A DNA stretch of 64,000 nt from an uncultured bacterium (lineage in GTDB: Bacteria; Babelota; Babeliae; Babelales; Babelaceae). The notes beneath the pieces are model-generated. The model was not told the DNA's origin and did no database searches. It was given only the letters and a program-made list of their open reading frames with translations. Location: positions 1,376,001-1,440,000 of the forward strand of contig OY970209.1 in assembly GCA_963713855.1 (NCBI GenBank), written 5' to 3'. Made by a program: the position numbers and the translations under genes. Of this stretch, positions 1-10,983 are shown piece after piece (position 1 is the first letter of the stretch; each line of letters starts with the position of its first letter).

Positions 1-15
1 AACATACCCTTTACG

Positions 16-432
16 GTGGGCTCATTAACTCTAACGGCTTTTTCCTTAGAGCATTCCCTTAATGCACCTGCTGTTGGCTACCGCATAACTCAAAATGGTA
101 GCGTATTTTTTTACGCTCCAGATCTTGTGTCAATCATCGATAAAAATAAGGCATTACCTGGTGTAAGCCTCTACATTGGAGATGGGGCGATTATTACAAG
201 AAAGTTACTCATACGGCAACATACAAAGGAACGCACCGGACACGCGCCCATCGCGGAACAGCTTTCTTGGTGCAAAGATGCAGGAATCACACAAGCACTT
301 ATCACTCATTGTGGTACCGAAATAGTAACGGGTGATCCTCGACTCATTGAGAGCAAGATTGAGCTCTTAAAAGAAGAATATGGGGTAGATCTTGAACTAG
401 CAACTGACGGAATGCTCATTAAGAGCTTTTAA
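16..432 (+). CDS. MBL-fold metallo-hydrolase, C-terminal part (probably begins before window)
   Basis: HS..AP.VGYRI, YAPD, GH and THCG motifs typical of the C-terminal half of PhnP/PqqB-like metallo-beta-lactamase folds. Confidence 0.7.
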   Translation: MGSLTLTAFSLEHSLNAPAVGYRITQNGSVFFYAPDLVSIIDKNKALPGVSLYIGDGAIITRKLLIRQHTKERTGHAPIAEQLSWCKDAGITQALITHCGTEIVTGDPRLIESKIELLKEEYGVDLELATDGMLIKSF

Positions 433-670
433 TTTAGTATCTTTGTATATGTGTAGACCGAGTTATATAATGTGAATAAATTAATTTTATCAAGGCGTTT
501 TCCATGAATTATTAAGTTATTCTATTCTCCACTATCGCTTTGAGCGCAAACCTAAACTTAAGCTTAAAGCAAATCACCAAGAGTGGGTTTGGTGTCCAAA
601 CTCGTGGAACGATCCTCGTTATCCGATTTGAAGGTACCTAAAGGCTCATATCTTAAATCATGTATGGATA

Positions 671-1021
671 ATGTACGAAATTAGAGTAGAGCTGAATCTA
701 CTGCCTCAGAAAAGAAGTCTCGACTTACCGCTCGATCAAGCACTTTTAAGTGATGACTATCGACTTATAGCGGACATATACTATAAGTGGCTACTCATCC
801 ACATCTACAATTTTTTATGCAAGGCGCACAAAAAGCGAGAAATACCCGAACTTGAGAGCTTTAAAGACGGTGTCTTAGAGGCCAAAGAATTCATTTTTCA
901 AAGTTACGACATGATAGATTTCGACTGGATCGGAAAAGAAAGCACCAAGCTAGGAGCTTCTAGGCCTGAGGTGGCTCGCGTACCAATTTTCGCCTTGTTA
1001 CTAACAGCCTCGCATCTATAA
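671..1021 (+). CDS. hypothetical protein, possibly the 3' remnant of a decayed secreted-protein gene starting at ATG 504
   Basis: 116 aa ORF; upstream ATG504 reads MNY*VILFSTIALSANL, a signal-peptide-like segment with an in-frame stop. Confidence 0.35.
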   Translation: MYEIRVELNLLPQKRSLDLPLDQALLSDDYRLIADIYYKWLLIHIYNFLCKAHKKREIPELESFKDGVLEAKEFIFQSYDMIDFDWIGKESTKLGASRPEVARVPIFALLLTASHL

Positions 1022-1046
1022 TACTTTATAAACAAGGCCACTTTTC

Positions 1047-1670
1047 CTAGTAGCGAATGGTAGCGTAATAATTCGTCAAGTCACGCTGCTCGTTCATCAG
1101 TTGATCACTAAAGCTTTCTTTAACCGTTCGCTTTAACGTATTTAATTGCGTAAGAAACTGATCAACTTTAGATCGCAAATCATCATCCTGTGCGGATCGA
1201 AGTGATCTTTCAAACTTATATATCATCCCATCAAGAATGGACTGATACCAGCTATACGGAAAGTGAAATTGACGTTTTAAGAGAATCTCGGAATGGGACT
1301 GAATAGGATTGTAATCATGCCACCAGGCACAATTGGCTTTAGCAGTCTCGTATTTTTTCATGATCTCTTTTTTAAGTAGCTTTTCAAATTTGGCTTCCTG
1401 GTCCTGTGACTTTGTCTGGCCTTCTAGCTCGTAAAGAAGTTCTCTCTCTTTACTAAAAGACTGCATATCGGTTTGCAAATCGGCTTTAGTTTTTAATTGT
1501 GCTTTTTCTGTTCTCGTCTGTTTTATGGGCTTACTGGAAGCAGGTGTTACATTTTTCGTAGTAACAACCGTTACTTGCCTTTGACCACCACAGCCAGACA
1601 GGGCTATGATAGAAAAGATGACAACAAAAATTTTGGAGGGCCATGTTTGTTTTTGAACAGCTAGTTTCAT
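1047..1670 (-). CDS. putative lipoprotein
   Basis: Hydrophobic N-terminus ending in lipobox LSGC; helical body. Confidence 0.65.
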   Translation of the reverse strand: MKLAVQKQTWPSKIFVVIFSIIALSGCGGQRQVTVVTTKNVTPASSKPIKQTRTEKAQLKTKADLQTDMQSFSKERELLYELEGQTKSQDQEAKFEKLLKKEIMKKYETAKANCAWWHDYNPIQSHSEILLKRQFHFPYSWYQSILDGMIYKFERSLRSAQDDDLRSKVDQFLTQLNTLKRTVKESFSDQLMNEQRDLTNYYATIRY

Positions 1671-1860
1671 AAAATTGCCTTTTTTTCACAACTTTTTTCA
1701 AGTATTTTACTATAAAACTAAAACTGATTCCTGTCAAATAGCCACCTTTTCAAAACACCACTAATACGGCACTTTTTTCGATCTAGCAGATAAATACCAC
1801 AGTTGATTTGCCGATAAATAAGCTTTATCTTAAACCCCAGTATAAATCTGAAAGTATACT

Positions 1861-2543
1861 ATGAACATACAGTGCATAACACACGCAGATTTTAAAACAC
1901 CGGGGGTTATTGGGAACTGGGCTACAAAGCACAATCACCGCTTTACGATACGAAAACCGTACCTGGGACAAAAATGTGACGACATGTTCGATTTTCTCAT
2001 CATAATGGGAGGCCCACAAAGCCCATTGAATATCGCGAAATCTCCTTACTTAAAGGATGAAATAGCCCACATACGCAAAGCAATTGACAACCAAAAAATC
2101 GTTTTAGGATTTTGTTTGGGCGCACAATTGATTGGAGCTGCGTTGGGCGCAAAAACTGAAAAGAGTCCTCAAAAAGAAATAGGTGTCTATCCTATTGAGT
2201 TAAATCGAGAAGGAATTCATGATCCATTGCTCTTAGGCTTTCCTCAAACCTTTAAAGCAATACATTGGCATAATGATATGCCTGGCCTTACAAAAGAGTC
2301 TGTTCTTTTAGCTTTCAGCGCTGGCTACCCACGACAGATAATAAGATACGAAAAAAAGGTGTATGGATTTCAATGCCATCTTGAATCACTAAAGAAGGCA
2401 TTGAGACACTTATCAAAGCATGCCTAGAAGACTTAGCTCCAAGCAGCTTCACACAAAACGCAGAGGAACTTCTTTTAAACGACTATACATCCATTAATAA
2501 GCACATGTTTTGCGTATTAGATAGGATTGTCAACTTAAAGTAA
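1861..2543 (+). pseudogene. type 1 glutamine amidotransferase (GMP-synthase-like), frameshifted near the C-terminus
   Basis: MGGPQS, GFCLGAQL and FQCHLE motifs; restoring one A at ~2385 continues as ITKEGIETLIKACLEDL...DRIVNLK to TAA 2541-2543. Confidence 0.8.
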
Positions 2544-2555
2544 GCGGATATAAAT

Positions 2556-3419
2556 CTAAGCCACGTTATCTTTATAAAACCTTTTTATAAGATCAACAAT
2601 AGTATCAAGATGATCTTCAACTGCAAAATGTCCTGCGTCGAGCATATGCAATTCGGCTTTAGGCAAATCTTTCAAATATGCTTTTGCGCCTTCTGGGGTA
2701 AAGAAAATATCATTTTTTCCCCAAACAATTAGTGTTTTTGGCTGATGTTTGCGCATAAATTCCTGCCATAAAGGATACAATTCGACATTTTTTCTGTAAT
2801 CATATAAAAGGTCAAGTTGCGCTTGCGACGCTCCCGGTCGCGCAAGAAAAAAGAGATCCATATTCCAATTGTCAGGGCTTATAAGCTCAGCATTTTTGGC
2901 ACCTGTCAAGTAGATCGTTTTTACAACCTCGGGGGTTAAAAACTTTTTGATAGCACTCTCGGTCTTTTCATTACGCTCTTTCCAGAATGCATTACGCAGG
3001 CTCTCCCAAGCGGCTGTAAAGCCAACTTCATAGGCATTGGAATTTTGTATTACTTGCCATTCTAACCAGGAAGGGTTTCGTCCAATAATACGATTACCAA
3101 TGGGTCCGCCGTAGTCTTGCATATACCACCCTATTGGCCCTGTAAAACCGACTAAAGTAAGAAACTCTTCTACAATCTCTGATAGATGGTCAAAGGTATA
3201 AGCAAACTTTTTTGGGTCAGGAAGTTCGGTGTTGCCAAATCCCGGATAATCGGGTGAAATCATATGAAAAGAGTCTGATAGGAGTGGCATCAGATTTCGC
3301 CACTGGTGTGACGAGCTCGGAAAACCCCCCAGAAGCAAGAGTTTTGGAGCATCTGTTTTACCGGTTTCGCGATAAAATACATCTATTCCCGAAACCTTCT
3401 TTGTCTTATATTTCATCAT
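2556..3419 (-). CDS. alpha/beta hydrolase (epoxide hydrolase/haloalkane dehalogenase-like)
   Basis: GFPSSS, PDYPGFG, QDYGG nucleophile elbow, WGKND, AGHF. Confidence 0.9.
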   Translation of the reverse strand: MMKYKTKKVSGIDVFYRETGKTDAPKLLLLGGFPSSSHQWRNLMPLLSDSFHMISPDYPGFGNTELPDPKKFAYTFDHLSEIVEEFLTLVGFTGPIGWYMQDYGGPIGNRIIGRNPSWLEWQVIQNSNAYEVGFTAAWESLRNAFWKERNEKTESAIKKFLTPEVVKTIYLTGAKNAELISPDNWNMDLFFLARPGASQAQLDLLYDYRKNVELYPLWQEFMRKHQPKTLIVWGKNDIFFTPEGAKAYLKDLPKAELHMLDAGHFAVEDHLDTIVDLIKRFYKDNVA

Positions 3420-3430
3420 ACCATTAACTC

Positions 3431-3805
3431 CTACACATACCCTAGAGCAATATAATCCATAGCGTCGCCCAGATGGATCTTAAGATCAGTGCCTAAGAAT
3501 AGCACGAGATTATGGTACGAGCAGTGCGCCGCTTCTGAAAGGTGCTCACTAAGCATCTGATCGCCAACCCTGACATTCATGGTCGAAGCACAGCAGCTGT
3601 CACTGTCACTATATACTGTACCTGTTCGGTGTGCCTTTACCACTGTCTTTTTGGAACTTAAAATCGGCGAACATGGACTTGAAAGTTGAAAAGTAACATC
3701 ATTGTTAGTTTTATTGTTCAACGTGTAGTAGTAAGCAACTGCCGGTAAAAAGAACGTTAAAGATCCTAGAAGCGCTGGAATAATTATGCATTTATTATTT
3801 TTCAT
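3431..3805 (-). CDS. small secreted Cys-containing protein (tandem paralog 2)
   Basis: Signal peptide; shares LPAVAY, DVTFQ, SKK, CCASTMNV.VGD with 3802..4191. Confidence 0.75.
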   Translation of the reverse strand: MKNNKCIIIPALLGSLTFFLPAVAYYYTLNNKTNNDVTFQLSSPCSPILSSKKTVVKAHRTGTVYSDSDSCCASTMNVRVGDQMLSEHLSEAAHCSYHNLVLFLGTDLKIHLGDAMDYIALGYV

Positions 3806-4191
3806 ACAATTCCTTGTCGCGAATACCTATTCGCGCGAGCAACATAGTCTATGGTGGGCTTACGATCAGGTCCAGCGAATACGATAAGCTCGTGTCCCGC
3901 ACACTCCACACCCGCAAGAGGCTTACTTATTTTCTCATCGCCAACCCAAACATTCATCGTCGAGGCACAGCAGGATCCACTATCGACTGTACCAGTTTCA
4001 CCTGGCTTTACTACTATCTTTTTGGAAGTTAAGAACGGCAAACAAGCAAGACTTAAAGCCGTATAATCAACTTGAAACGTAACGTCATCGCGAGTTGCGT
4101 TTTTCAATGTAGATTCGTAAGCAACTGCCGGTAAAAAAAGCGTTAAAGCCCCAATGAGCGCTAGAGTAACTATACTTTTATTATTCTTCAT
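3802..4191 (-). CDS. small secreted Cys-containing protein (tandem paralog 1)
   Basis: Signal peptide; AAGGA SD; ATGA overlap with the downstream paralog. Confidence 0.75.
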   Translation of the reverse strand: MKNNKSIVTLALIGALTLFLPAVAYESTLKNATRDDVTFQVDYTALSLACLPFLTSKKIVVKPGETGTVDSGSCCASTMNVWVGDEKISKPLAGVECAGHELIVFAGPDRKPTIDYVARANRYSRQGIV

Positions 4192-4653
4192 AAATATTCC
4201 TTTTTAAAAGGGTGGCATGAGCAAATTCATGCTCCAAACCCTGCTACCACTCATAAACACTGAGTATCAGGTAGCGAATCATCAAAACAGTACTTAAAAT
4301 AGACTAGCAGAAATTATTATATGTTTTCAAGAATAAAAACGGCATAATGGGCTTACGTGGCCCCGCTGGATGTCCACGGTGCAATTCGAGACCGCTCATA
4401 CTTTCTTGGTACCATATTCGAAATTACTAAGCACATAGAGTGACGTAGTTAAGTGTAAGCCACTCACTCCAGAAGCGTGACCATCTTAACCTATCAAGTC
4501 GCGAGCTAAATGGCGATTTGAAAGAAGGATGGCACAATCTAAAATGCTTTCCATTGGAATGTCCTTGCCTTGTAAGGCTAATACTATCGACATGAAATTC
4601 TCGTAATACTATACTTGGCTAACTGATACTTAACTTTAAAGAATGAGCACTGG

Positions 4654-5526
4654 ATGAAGAGTTTAAAAATTTGTAAAACGTTGTTGGTAGCACTATTAGC
4701 TCAGAATTGTTTAGCTGAAAGTCCTATTAAAAACTACGTAAAAGTTGCTGTAGGTCCTACATGGAACCAAATAATTGCGGTTAACCACTTTGAAAGTCAA
4801 CCAGGTAACCTTGCGTCCAAAATTACACTACTCGGGCTCGATAACCCTTGTGCTTTCATTCAGGCCACATTCAAATCAAATTTGCATGACTTCTGGTTTG
4901 GTAAGATAATTATTGAAGAGGTTGCAGGAAACCGGGGATATTTTAGTAACGTTGGTGCCCAACAAGTAGCACCTTTTGCTAATTTAAATAACGATGACGG
5001 ACTATTAAATACTAATGTCGTTGGCGTTATACTGTTGGCCGGGGCTGATTGGAATATTAAAGACGAAGTGACATTAAGCACTTCCATAGGCTACAATTAC
5101 GTGCAAGGCAATCGCACGTTTGATTTTTCTCAAAGTAACGCCGGATTCAAGATTGCTGATTTTTTTAATGGGGGAGGATTTCAAATTGCGGCAAAGGTAC
5201 ATCCAAGCGAAAAAACCTCCGTACAAGTGTTTTACGATTTTTTTATCGGAAGACTTACAGCTAGATTAGTAACCTTTCCTATTGAGACGCTAACGAGATT
5301 TAATGCTCCTCTATTTACGAATAATAGTTTGACTGTTGAATTTATGTACCACTTTGACGATTCAACATCTACCTATATCTCGACCGCATGGTTTGTTGGC
5401 CAGAACCTTAAGACCATTACCGCTAAAGCACCTCCGTCAGTAAACGCAGTCATGAGCAATCAGTTTGTACCTACATTTCGGACGCAATATTTTAGCATCG
5501 TCCTTGGTGTTCGCTACAACTTTTAA
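4654..5526 (+). CDS. putative outer-membrane beta-barrel protein
   Basis: Signal peptide, alternating amphipathic strands, C-terminal LGVRYNF; paralog of 7196..8068. Confidence 0.7.
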   Translation: MKSLKICKTLLVALLAQNCLAESPIKNYVKVAVGPTWNQIIAVNHFESQPGNLASKITLLGLDNPCAFIQATFKSNLHDFWFGKIIIEEVAGNRGYFSNVGAQQVAPFANLNNDDGLLNTNVVGVILLAGADWNIKDEVTLSTSIGYNYVQGNRTFDFSQSNAGFKIADFFNGGGFQIAAKVHPSEKTSVQVFYDFFIGRLTARLVTFPIETLTRFNAPLFTNNSLTVEFMYHFDDSTSTYISTAWFVGQNLKTITAKAPPSVNAVMSNQFVPTFRTQYFSIVLGVRYNF

Positions 5527-5561
5527 CTCCTGGAGAAAAATATAATCAGCAACAAGTTTCT

Positions 5562-6209
5562 CTACCAATCGAACATTTGATTATCGAAATTGCTTTCATA
5601 CACTGTAGCACGTGAGAGTGGTGCTCTCTCGCAAAGCTTTTCTAAAAGCGGTACGTAATACTGTTCTGGGAAATTAAAGAAAGATTTTCCAGGGTAAAGA
5701 TCTTTCAATCTCCGTTCTTGTTCATCTAAGAAGGTAAAAATTAATGTACTCGAAAGTGCACCAAGTGCAAGTCCGATTAAGTATGAGGTACGACGGTAAA
5801 AGCGCGCATATTCTTCATCAAGCTTTGTATTAGCCCACCAGATCCAAGAAACAATTTCAACGATCAAAGCAAACAAAGTCAAAGACCCCCAAAAACGAGT
5901 CCCACTCACATAGGGATCATGTATTTCTCTCGCCTTTAAAAGGTTTTTATGTATCTTGTAAGCTAACGTTTGTGCGTCTTCCTGAGTCATGCTTTGTATA
6001 TAGGAAACTGTTTTAGCAAAAGCCTCATTAAAAGTAGCCTCATCCCAGTCTTTATTGTAGAGAATTTTGTGCGTGTCCAAATACTCAAGAAGTTCAGAAC
6101 CATCGTCAGATTTTTCTTTCTGACGGCTTTCAATCATAAAAGATTCATTTTCGGCACAAAAAAAAGAGGTCGATATAAACAACATAGTAAGCACAAATAT
6201 ACTTTTCAT
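5562..6209 (-). CDS. hypothetical membrane protein (signal peptide + 2 TM)
   Basis: N-terminal signal peptide and two internal hydrophobic helices. Confidence 0.65.
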   Translation of the reverse strand: MKSIFVLTMLFISTSFFCAENESFMIESRQKEKSDDGSELLEYLDTHKILYNKDWDEATFNEAFAKTVSYIQSMTQEDAQTLAYKIHKNLLKAREIHDPYVSGTRFWGSLTLFALIVEIVSWIWWANTKLDEEYARFYRRTSYLIGLALGALSSTLIFTFLDEQERRLKDLYPGKSFFNFPEQYYVPLLEKLCERAPLSRATVYESNFDNQMFDW

Positions 6210-6499
6210 AGAATCCTAACAGAAAAAACAATGTTTTTCGTACAGCCATGATTCCCTCAGATCATAAGGGAAAATGAAAAACAAATCAAAAATAATGTCC
6301 TGGGATGCGTTACAAGTAACGTTCTACCGCCTGGCGCACAAAGCATTACCGTTAGCAATCATGATACTGTAAACAGGTGCAAAAAAATTGCTCCACAACA
6401 ACTTTTTCTTCTGATGTAAAATATTGCTTTTTTAATGCTTTATTCGCTAGTATTAATTTAAAATGTAGCAAGAATTCGACATTCAAAAATGGAGTCAGT

Positions 6500-7195
6500 A
6501 TGAACCTATCAGCACGAACTATATACTTTTTCGCATTAAGTCTTGGAGCTGCAGCTTTTACTCAGGCAGATGTTCTTAAAAGCTTAAGCACAAATGATCT
6601 TGTTACAGCCATTATAAAAACAAGAAGGGAGTTACAAGATGCTTCGTCTACCTTATTGAGGCAAGCACATTTGAAAAAGCCTCTAACTACACAAATAAAC
6701 AAGGACGCTCTTGAATACAAAATCACTCTCTATGAAAAGCTTGTAAAAGAGGCAGCGGTACGCCTTGAAGAAGATATCGAAGTGCATCCGGAAATCATAA
6801 GCAAACTTTCATTTAAAGCACGCCAAGGTATACAAAATGCTATTGATATGGTTCGCAAAGAGCCTTTAAGCCCAAAACTTGCGGCTAGTGGCGGCGCTCT
6901 TGCTGGATTAATTGCTGGAACACACCAAGGCTTTCAAGTCGCTCGACAAAATGAACAAGCTGCTCTTGCGGCTTTGTTTACTGTTCCTATCGGGGCTATA
7001 AGCGGCCTCATTGCCGGAGCGCTCTATGGCTATGGAGCGGCATCAGAACGTGCTCTCGAGCACCCAGACCTTACACAAAAAGGGGATGAAGAGGCTGTTT
7101 CTTTTCTTAATAAAGTAGGTGAGCGACTTGACGACGTTGAAGCAGTTTTAGAGGAACGTTCACTTCAACACGTGCGGGCAAAAACAGAGAGGTAA
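6500..7195 (+). CDS. hypothetical secreted/membrane protein with Gly/Ala-rich hairpin
   Basis: GGAG SD before ATG6500 (MNLSART); glycine-zipper-like GGALAGLIAG and GAISGLIAGALYG. Confidence 0.65.
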   Translation: MNLSARTIYFFALSLGAAAFTQADVLKSLSTNDLVTAIIKTRRELQDASSTLLRQAHLKKPLTTQINKDALEYKITLYEKLVKEAAVRLEEDIEVHPEIISKLSFKARQGIQNAIDMVRKEPLSPKLAASGGALAGLIAGTHQGFQVARQNEQAALAALFTVPIGAISGLIAGALYGYGAASERALEHPDLTQKGDEEAVSFLNKVGERLDDVEAVLEERSLQHVRAKTER

Positions 7196-8068
7196 TCAAA
7201 ATTTCCATTCTGCTCCAATAATAAGGCTTGCTAACTGGCTCCTGAATAAAGTTATTACTTGCTTACTTACAAATGCGCTACTGCTTTCGGGAGCTTTAAC
7301 ACTCACTTTCTTGATATTTTGCGCAACAGACAAACTAGCTAAAGCAAACAGAGAAAAATCTTCAGTGACTTGGTAATTAAAGTGCAAATCGAGGCTATTA
7401 AACATTAAAAGTGGAGTAAAAAAATGGGTAATAGTGCCGTCATTCACTCGAAGAAGATGGGCCGAGATCGGGCCTAGAAAAAAAGAATACGCCACTTTGC
7501 AGGAGCTACGCTCGCCAGTCTTTACTATGCCGCCAACTTGAAAACCACTCGCATTGTAGTGACTTTCTGTCCTTGCATTCATATCACTGCTTTCAACAAA
7601 ATTAATAGAGCGTTTAGTTCTGACATGAAAAAAACCCGGAGCAAAAAGAAGCGTTAAATCATCTCTAGCCTGCCATTCAATCCCTGCCAAAAGCATGAAA
7701 GGGATAGCATTCACGCTCATAGAGCCATCGATGTTCGTTTGTACTGCAAAAGGAGGTTCTTGATCGGATGTTTTTAGTGTAATAACCCCCCTTTGACCAA
7801 GAATGTTTCCAATAAGAATCTTTAAAAAGAAAAAATCATCGCTCTCGATCGTTAGCGTGCTATACGTAAACGCACAAGGATTATCGATTGCTTCGATGAT
7901 AGTTTTTGCTTTATTACCAGTCACATTATTTATAAAATGATTGACCGCAACAATTTGGCTGACCGCGGGACCAACACCAATTTTCACATCACTTTTAATA
8001 GACATACCGAGCGCTAATGCGTAAGGGGATAGGACAAAAAAACATATAGCTAGGGTTATTTTTCTCAT
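7196..8068 (-). CDS. putative outer-membrane beta-barrel protein
   Basis: Shares VK..VGP..QI.AVNHF and DNPCAF with 4654..5526; ends IGAEWKF; both 290 aa. Confidence 0.7.
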   Translation of the reverse strand: MRKITLAICFFVLSPYALALGMSIKSDVKIGVGPAVSQIVAVNHFINNVTGNKAKTIIEAIDNPCAFTYSTLTIESDDFFFLKILIGNILGQRGVITLKTSDQEPPFAVQTNIDGSMSVNAIPFMLLAGIEWQARDDLTLLFAPGFFHVRTKRSINFVESSDMNARTESHYNASGFQVGGIVKTGERSSCKVAYSFFLGPISAHLLRVNDGTITHFFTPLLMFNSLDLHFNYQVTEDFSLFALASLSVAQNIKKVSVKAPESSSAFVSKQVITLFRSQLASLIIGAEWKF

Positions 8069-8386
8069 AAGTCTTTGATGGAATTTTCCACAAGCCTCTG
8101 CAGGTTAATATGTTAGAAATATATAACATTTTCTATAGTTGTCCAAAATCACCTTTAGAATGCTACTCGATGCATTGAAAAAATTGCTTTGATTTTTGTG
8201 CAAAAATATGTAATAACAGGTTTGATTTTTGTACAATTTAAAGGGAAAGAAATTTAGAGCCTGCCCGAATTATCGAGGATCTAGAAATACGCCTCAAGCG
8301 CCCCATCAAACCTGGCAAAACACTCCTCTATTGCAAAGCTCAACCAGACAAATATCCCGGAATAGAAGACTGAAGTTAGATCGATC

Positions 8387-9019
8387 ATGACCGAAAAAGC
8401 TATTATTAGATCGCGAAAAAATGCACATTTCAATTTGCTTGAATCCGGATATCTCGTTCCCGTCTTTTCTGGCGGACCTGGCGGCGGAAAAAGCTTACTA
8501 GCAAGCCGAATAGCAGCACTTTTTAACTTGCCGATCGCGTCTGCCGGCACGATGCTTAGAGAGCAACATAAGCTGCTTTATCCGTCAGCAGCGATCTCGT
8601 TTGAAGATTGGTATGGCACATTAACCGGCAAAGACGTCAAAAAACTCAATGATGAAATCAAAAGTACGTTCGAGTCAGGAAACGTAATTGGTGAATCACG
8701 ACTTTTGAGGCATTTAGATATGTCAAAGTGCCTCTATATATTTGTAGATACTGATATTACCATAAAAGCTGAGCGACTTTCAAAAGATAAAAATAGAAGC
8801 GACTATTATGGAAAAAAAGTGCGAGATATAGTTCACATTCTCAAAAAAAGAAGTTCTGATGAAGCAAAGGTTGTCAAACAGCTTGCGCAGATATATGGCA
8901 TAGATACCAACTACGATTATCGCGACGCGAAGCATTATAAGCTTGTTCTTGATTCAGGCACATTAACGATAGAACGAGAAATCGAAAAAGTTCTTGCCAT
9001 GATGAATGTGCAGCTTTAA
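8387..9019 (+). CDS. cytidylate kinase-like P-loop NMP kinase (archaeal-type Cmk family)
   Basis: SGGPGGGKS P-loop, SAG..LR, ESRL, AER, YGID, LVLDS. Confidence 0.7.
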   Translation: MTEKAIIRSRKNAHFNLLESGYLVPVFSGGPGGGKSLLASRIAALFNLPIASAGTMLREQHKLLYPSAAISFEDWYGTLTGKDVKKLNDEIKSTFESGNVIGESRLLRHLDMSKCLYIFVDTDITIKAERLSKDKNRSDYYGKKVRDIVHILKKRSSDEAKVVKQLAQIYGIDTNYDYRDAKHYKLVLDSGTLTIEREIEKVLAMMNVQL

Positions 9020-9199
9020 TGACTAAGACGCTCCATTTTTATAGAAGAAAGATAAAGCCATTAAAAACTGCTATGCATTTTAGGAGCGCTGGTAAAGCAG
9101 AGGCAAAAATTCTTTAAAATTATTGCGATTTTAAATTAAAATTTATTATACTATGAAAGAGTGCGATTTTTCAAGGCAATGACCAGAAGGAAGATACCT

Positions 9200-9613
9200 A
9201 TGTTTCTAATAGCGACGACAAAAAAATTCCTAAATGCGTCTCTTTTTTTAGTTTTTTTAATTTGTGGTCAACTAACGTATTGCGCACTAGCGGTCTTTGA
9301 AATATGTGACCGAAGACATGATCAAGTTCTAGCGTTCAGAAAATGTGCTAGGGAAAATACTCAGCAAGAGTTTGGTCACGTTTCTGCGGCGTGTAAAAGT
9401 TGCTTAGACAATTCTTCTAATAAGGCCATGGCCTTATTATGTAAAGCTGTTTGTACAAAAAATAAAAATAACAGGTTATTTCTATCCTCATTAAAGCAAG
9501 AGATCGAAGACCAGCTAAAGAATAATAAAGATCAAGACGGCGATTATTCATTTCTTGAAACGTTACGCGACGAGATTAATCAATATCTTTTGAAGGTCAA
9601 CAAAGAACTCTAA
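9200..9613 (+). CDS. hypothetical secreted Cys-containing protein
   Basis: AAGGAAG SD before ATG9200; hydrophobic signal; C-x2-C and C-x3-C pairs. Confidence 0.55.
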   Translation: MFLIATTKKFLNASLFLVFLICGQLTYCALAVFEICDRRHDQVLAFRKCARENTQQEFGHVSAACKSCLDNSSNKAMALLCKAVCTKNKNNRLFLSSLKQEIEDQLKNNKDQDGDYSFLETLRDEINQYLLKVNKEL

Positions 9614-9703
9614 ACTATTAGTTAGATTTCTTTGCGGCTTTTCCTATCACCTTTAAGTCAAATCTTATGCGGCATTTTTAAGTTTCTGACCTTTTTCATT
9701 TAA

Positions 9704-10983
9704 AAGAGGTGGAAACATCGGGCTTTAGCCCGATGAGGAAACCTCAAAGAAGCGTTTGTCAAAAGTTTAAAGTTGCACTACTATACGTTCTCAATGAGAA
9801 TGGAGATGATACAACTGACTCTTAAACTTCCGGTGTACGCTAGCTATAAGGTAGAGCAGGTTTTAAAAGAAACGATGCGAGAGTATACGGGCTCTTTTAA
9901 TCGGGTATGTAAGATAGGTTGGCAAGAAGCAAGGATTAATGGAGTAGAACTACATAAGAAGAGCTATAGGATAGAAAGGAAGGGAACGAATTTACCTTCG
10001 CAGCTAATATGCTCAGCCCGAGTAAAAGGAACAGAAAGCGCTACAGTCAGCTCGTGCTCTTATTAATAAGAAGAAGAAAGCATCTCTTCCACAATCTAAC
10101 TCGTGTTCCATCCGTTATGATGCTGGCAGCAGCACTATTGATCTTACACAAGATAGAGTGACTCTTGCAACTATAGAAAAGAGGCAAGAAATTGCGATAA
10201 GGGTACCAGAATATCATAAAGACAAGATAAGCTGGAAGGTCTGCTCTGCTGATCTTTGCCAAGATAAAAACAAGCGATTATTCTTGCATGTTGTCGTTGA
10301 GAAAGAAGCGGCAATATTTAAAGAAAATGGGAAAGCAATAGGCGTGGATCTTGGCATAGCAAGGCCCGCCGTTACGAGCAACAATCAGTTTTTGGGTAGT
10401 TGCACGTGGAAGGAAGTAAATAAGAGAAATTTTGAATTTAGAAAGAAATTGCAAGCGAAAGGCACTAAGTCGGCTAAGCGGCACTTAAAGAAGCTTAGTG
10501 GAAAAGAGAACCGTTTCCGCACCAACTGCGATCATATTCTTGCTCGAGATATTGTTTCTATTGCTGATCAAGGTACTGTTATTGTACTTGAAGATCTGAC
10601 TCATATACGTTCCCGCACAAAGGGGAAAAGGGAGTTCAACCGGCGAATGCATTCTTGGAGCTTCTCTAGATTGGCTTCTTTTATCAGCTATAAAGCCCAA
10701 ATGAAGGGAGCCCTTGTGACTTATATCGACCCAAGGCACACAAGCCAAGAGTGTTCTCAATGTGGGTATAAAGATAGAAAGAATCGTAAGACGCAATCAT
10801 GGTTTAGCTGTAAGAAATGCTTTTTCGAAATGAATGCAGATTTGAATGCAGCAAAGAATATAAGAGCAAGATATCAGGCCAGAAAGGCTATAGGCGTTCC
10901 TGGGCGGGCTTCAGTCAATGAGCCTATAGTAGCAAACATAGGTTTAGCTGCAAGCGGCGGCCTTTAGGCAGCTCGTTGTTGAC
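9704..10983 (+). mobile_element. IS200/IS605-family non-autonomous element (IS1341-like, tnpB only)
   Basis: Left hairpin CATCGGGCTTTAGCCCGATG 9716-9735 after TTTAA 9699-9703; right end GCCTTTAGGC...TTGAC ending 10983; excision restores a stop for the flanking gene. Confidence 0.85.
9806..10967 (+). pseudogene. tnpB: TnpB RNA-guided endonuclease split by a +1 frameshift
   Basis: RuvC GVDLG, VLEDL, NADLNAAKNI and Zn finger CSQCG..CKKC; removing one A at 10035-10037 joins ORFs 9773..10066 and 10158..10967 (…KGTEALQSARALINK…SIRYDA…). Confidence 0.9.

Noticed and set aside
8250..8375. Short open frame upstream of the kinase gene
   Set aside because: No start codon and no recognisable homology; cannot be supported as a gene
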